From positions 505,917 through 529,916 of the forward strand of contig NZ_JAIQZM010000001.1 in the NCBI RefSeq assembly GCF_023333595.1: DNA of 24,000 nt. Reading direction: 5' to 3'. The notes under the pieces are model-generated. The model made no database searches. It was not told where the DNA came from and saw nothing but the letters and a program-made list of their open reading frames with translations. A program made the translations under genes and the position numbers. Position 1 is the stretch's first letter. Each line of letters begins with the position of its first letter. Shown piece by piece: positions 22,255-24,000 of the stretch. This DNA comes from Argonema galeatum A003/A1 (GTDB taxonomy: Bacteria > Cyanobacteriota > Cyanobacteriia > Cyanobacteriales > Aerosakkonemataceae).

Positions 22255-22470
22255 GTGAGTGCGTAAGTCCTGTGAACTATCAACGATTAGAATGAAAAAT
22301 GTGAATCTCCGATCGCGCCATGCACCGCCGTCTGATGTCTGTGAGCCTTGTAACTGCAACGCTGTTTCTCGGTTCCACCTTTACCGCTTCTAAAAACCTA
22401 GACAAATCTACCCATTGGTAAACTGAAGCTCTCGGTATAAGTCGGCGGTGTAACTTTTGGTCAATCCGAG

Positions 22471-23961
22471 TTAACGCTTTCGCTTGGATGGTGCCCGGTC
22501 TTGCGACTCGACAACAACCTTAACCAACTCAGCCCAGTTAGAGATGTGATAGTAATCGTGCCGACGATTTACTACACCACATTGACCGATAAATATATTC
22601 AGTTGATGTAACGCACTCCATACGTGCTTTCTGGAGTTCACCCCCAGATAGGCGGACACAGAGCGCGGTAATCTTTCCGAGAGATTCATTCCTCGTCTAG
22701 CAATGGCTAGAGCGGCTGCCACATCGGATGACATTCCATACATCCTCGCGTATTTAACCAGCCCAATTAAGCTGGTATAGGCTGGATTGATGTTAATTAG
22801 TTGAATCCCACGATTAGATAGAATTGACTTCAAAAGTTGATAAAAACGGCTATATGCCCAACCAGACAACATCCGAGCATACTTTCTTCCTTTTTCTCTT
22901 AACTGAGTTGTCTTAGCTGCAAAATCCAAGGATTCACAGACAATTGGACAGGCTTTAGTATCAGCTAAAATTGCTAATTGTAGACAAGCATCCACAATAG
23001 TCGCATCTTGCTTGACCTTTGGTAATCCAGAATGATAGGGGATAGAACCAGACGCCTTCAAATTGCCCTGAAAATCAACATACGCCCAACCAATAGAACC
23101 TGGATTGAGATCGATTCCGATGCAGCCATACTCGACAGGTTTACTAATCTTGTTGACAGGTGATGGAGTAAATTGAACGGCTACCGCCCAGCGGTTATCT
23201 TGGCGATAGAAATGCCAAGTTTTAGCACCATTATCCGGTAATCGATTGATATTTCTCTCAAAATTACCCAGCTTTGAACAGATATATTTACCATACTTAG
23301 ACTCTAAGCAATAGGGAACTCTGAATTTAACTATGTTGCCATCCCACTGACAAGTTTGATTACCAAAACTTTCGTCTTTAGAGCCGACGATAAACACTTC
23401 TCCTCTAGGTACTTTCACCTTAATTGGTGCTAACTTGAGAGCCGCTATTTGTCGGTTTAGCTTGTAAATATATCTCTTTTTATGGTGGAGATTAAATCTC
23501 GTATGATACCAGTTGGTTTTCTTGGTGGTTAGAGAAGTTGAGAGAGGAAAGTTACATCCTGTTTGAGAGTGATGCCAATTCTTCTTAGCGTAAAACTTTC
23601 TCGCTAACTTCAGCTTTTTTTCGGCTTTTTCTAGCGATTTATTGGCTGATTTTAATTTTGATTCTAGCTGCTTGATGTGATTGATTATACATACCTTGGC
23701 TGATTCTACTTTCGAGCTTGACAGCGCGAGCATCCCACCGGCATGACGTTTGCTAATGCCATATTTTTTCTGTAAATAGGTATTCCATTTAGACTTATCA
23801 AACTGACTCTCAACTTCTAATAAGTGATTGACTGTCTCAATAGTAGCGCCATAAGAAAGAGCCGCATAATCAGCTAGAAATAACTCAAAGCTGGTCAATC
23901 CTAATGGGGTTAGCTCGTCTATTGGTGTTGGTAAACCCTTGCAGTAAGTGAGAGTAGTCAT
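22471..23961 (-). CDS. TnpB-related RuvC-fold protein (IS200/IS605 accessory-protein-like) lacking the zinc-ribbon insert
   Basis: A 496-aa protein. RuvC-I GCIGIDLNPGSIGWA, RuvC-II PIVCESLDF, then ARMLSGWAYSRFYQLLKSILSNRGIQLININPAYTS, and RuvC-III SSDVAAALAIARRG. There is no Cys between the Glu and the final Asp, so the CxxC...CxxC ribbon is absent. A GGGAGG lies about 13 nt upstream of the ATG. No tnpA is visible, and the window ends 39 nt upstream. Confidence 0.75.
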   Translation of the reverse strand: MTTLTYCKGLPTPIDELTPLGLTSFELFLADYAALSYGATIETVNHLLEVESQFDKSKWNTYLQKKYGISKRHAGGMLALSSSKVESAKVCIINHIKQLESKLKSANKSLEKAEKKLKLARKFYAKKNWHHSQTGCNFPLSTSLTTKKTNWYHTRFNLHHKKRYIYKLNRQIAALKLAPIKVKVPRGEVFIVGSKDESFGNQTCQWDGNIVKFRVPYCLESKYGKYICSKLGNFERNINRLPDNGAKTWHFYRQDNRWAVAVQFTPSPVNKISKPVEYGCIGIDLNPGSIGWAYVDFQGNLKASGSIPYHSGLPKVKQDATIVDACLQLAILADTKACPIVCESLDFAAKTTQLREKGRKYARMLSGWAYSRFYQLLKSILSNRGIQLININPAYTSLIGLVKYARMYGMSSDVAAALAIARRGMNLSERLPRSVSAYLGVNSRKHVWSALHQLNIFIGQCGVVNRRHDYYHISNWAELVKVVVESQDRAPSKRKR

Positions 23962-24000
23962 AGCTTTTTAGCTACCTCCCTCAGTTCTTCTACTATCTTT

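Noticed and set aside
22051-22359. ORFs 22051-22266 (plus) and 22177-22359 (minus)
   Set aside because: Both are translated through the long G/C-rich hairpin (PPKSGGDKTS, GGTGGLSA) and overlap each other. The region is better explained as structured non-coding sequence.
1-24000. tRNA, rRNA, tmRNA or RNase P genes in the intergenic regions
   Set aside because: I found no cloverleaf-compatible sequence (no GTTCRANYC T-loop context) and no recognisable conserved RNA motif by eye. A covariance-model scan would be needed to exclude them formally.

Overview
The window looks like chromosomal DNA from a filamentous cyanobacterium. The HIP1 octamer GCGATCGC recurs throughout coding and non-coding sequence, and several intergenic regions carry STRR-like heptamer arrays. 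All family assignments come from motif recognition by eye, since no searches could be run.

Gene content, left to right:
1. A small conflict-type islet (2-3414): the 3' part of a STAND/NACHT-type NTPase gene ending in seven near-identical HEAT repeats, a vapBC toxin-antitoxin pair, and an HNH nuclease translationally coupled to a small partner gene.
2. A large fusion protein (3485-6415, minus strand) that joins a PlsY-like membrane domain to a rifampin-phosphotransferase-like ATP-grasp plus swivel-His module.
3. The conserved but functionally unsolved gene set of circularly permuted ATP-grasp, alpha-E, transglutaminase and Anbu proteasome homologue. Here it is disrupted in three ways. A cassette bounded by 51-bp perfect inverted repeats and carrying a four-helix-bundle (23S IVS / Avd-like) gene sits between the ATP-grasp and alpha-E genes. 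A membrane-anchored SnoaL-like gene sits between alpha-E and the transglutaminase. The Anbu gene is inverted and separated from the rest by a 1807-aa Ser/Thr kinase-STAND-GAF-histidine kinase gene.
4. Housekeeping genes on the minus strand: lgt, an LpxB-related glycosyltransferase, a DivIVA-like coiled-coil protein and coaD.
5. A solo TnpB-related RuvC-fold gene that lacks the zinc ribbon, followed by a structured 370-bp non-coding tail.

No rRNA, tRNA or CRISPR array was recognised.

The candidates that most deserve follow-up are the IVS-like inverted-repeat cassette inside the ATP-grasp/alpha-E/transglutaminase/Anbu module, the PlsY::phosphotransferase fusion, and the zinc-ribbon-less TnpB relative with its possible guide-RNA region.
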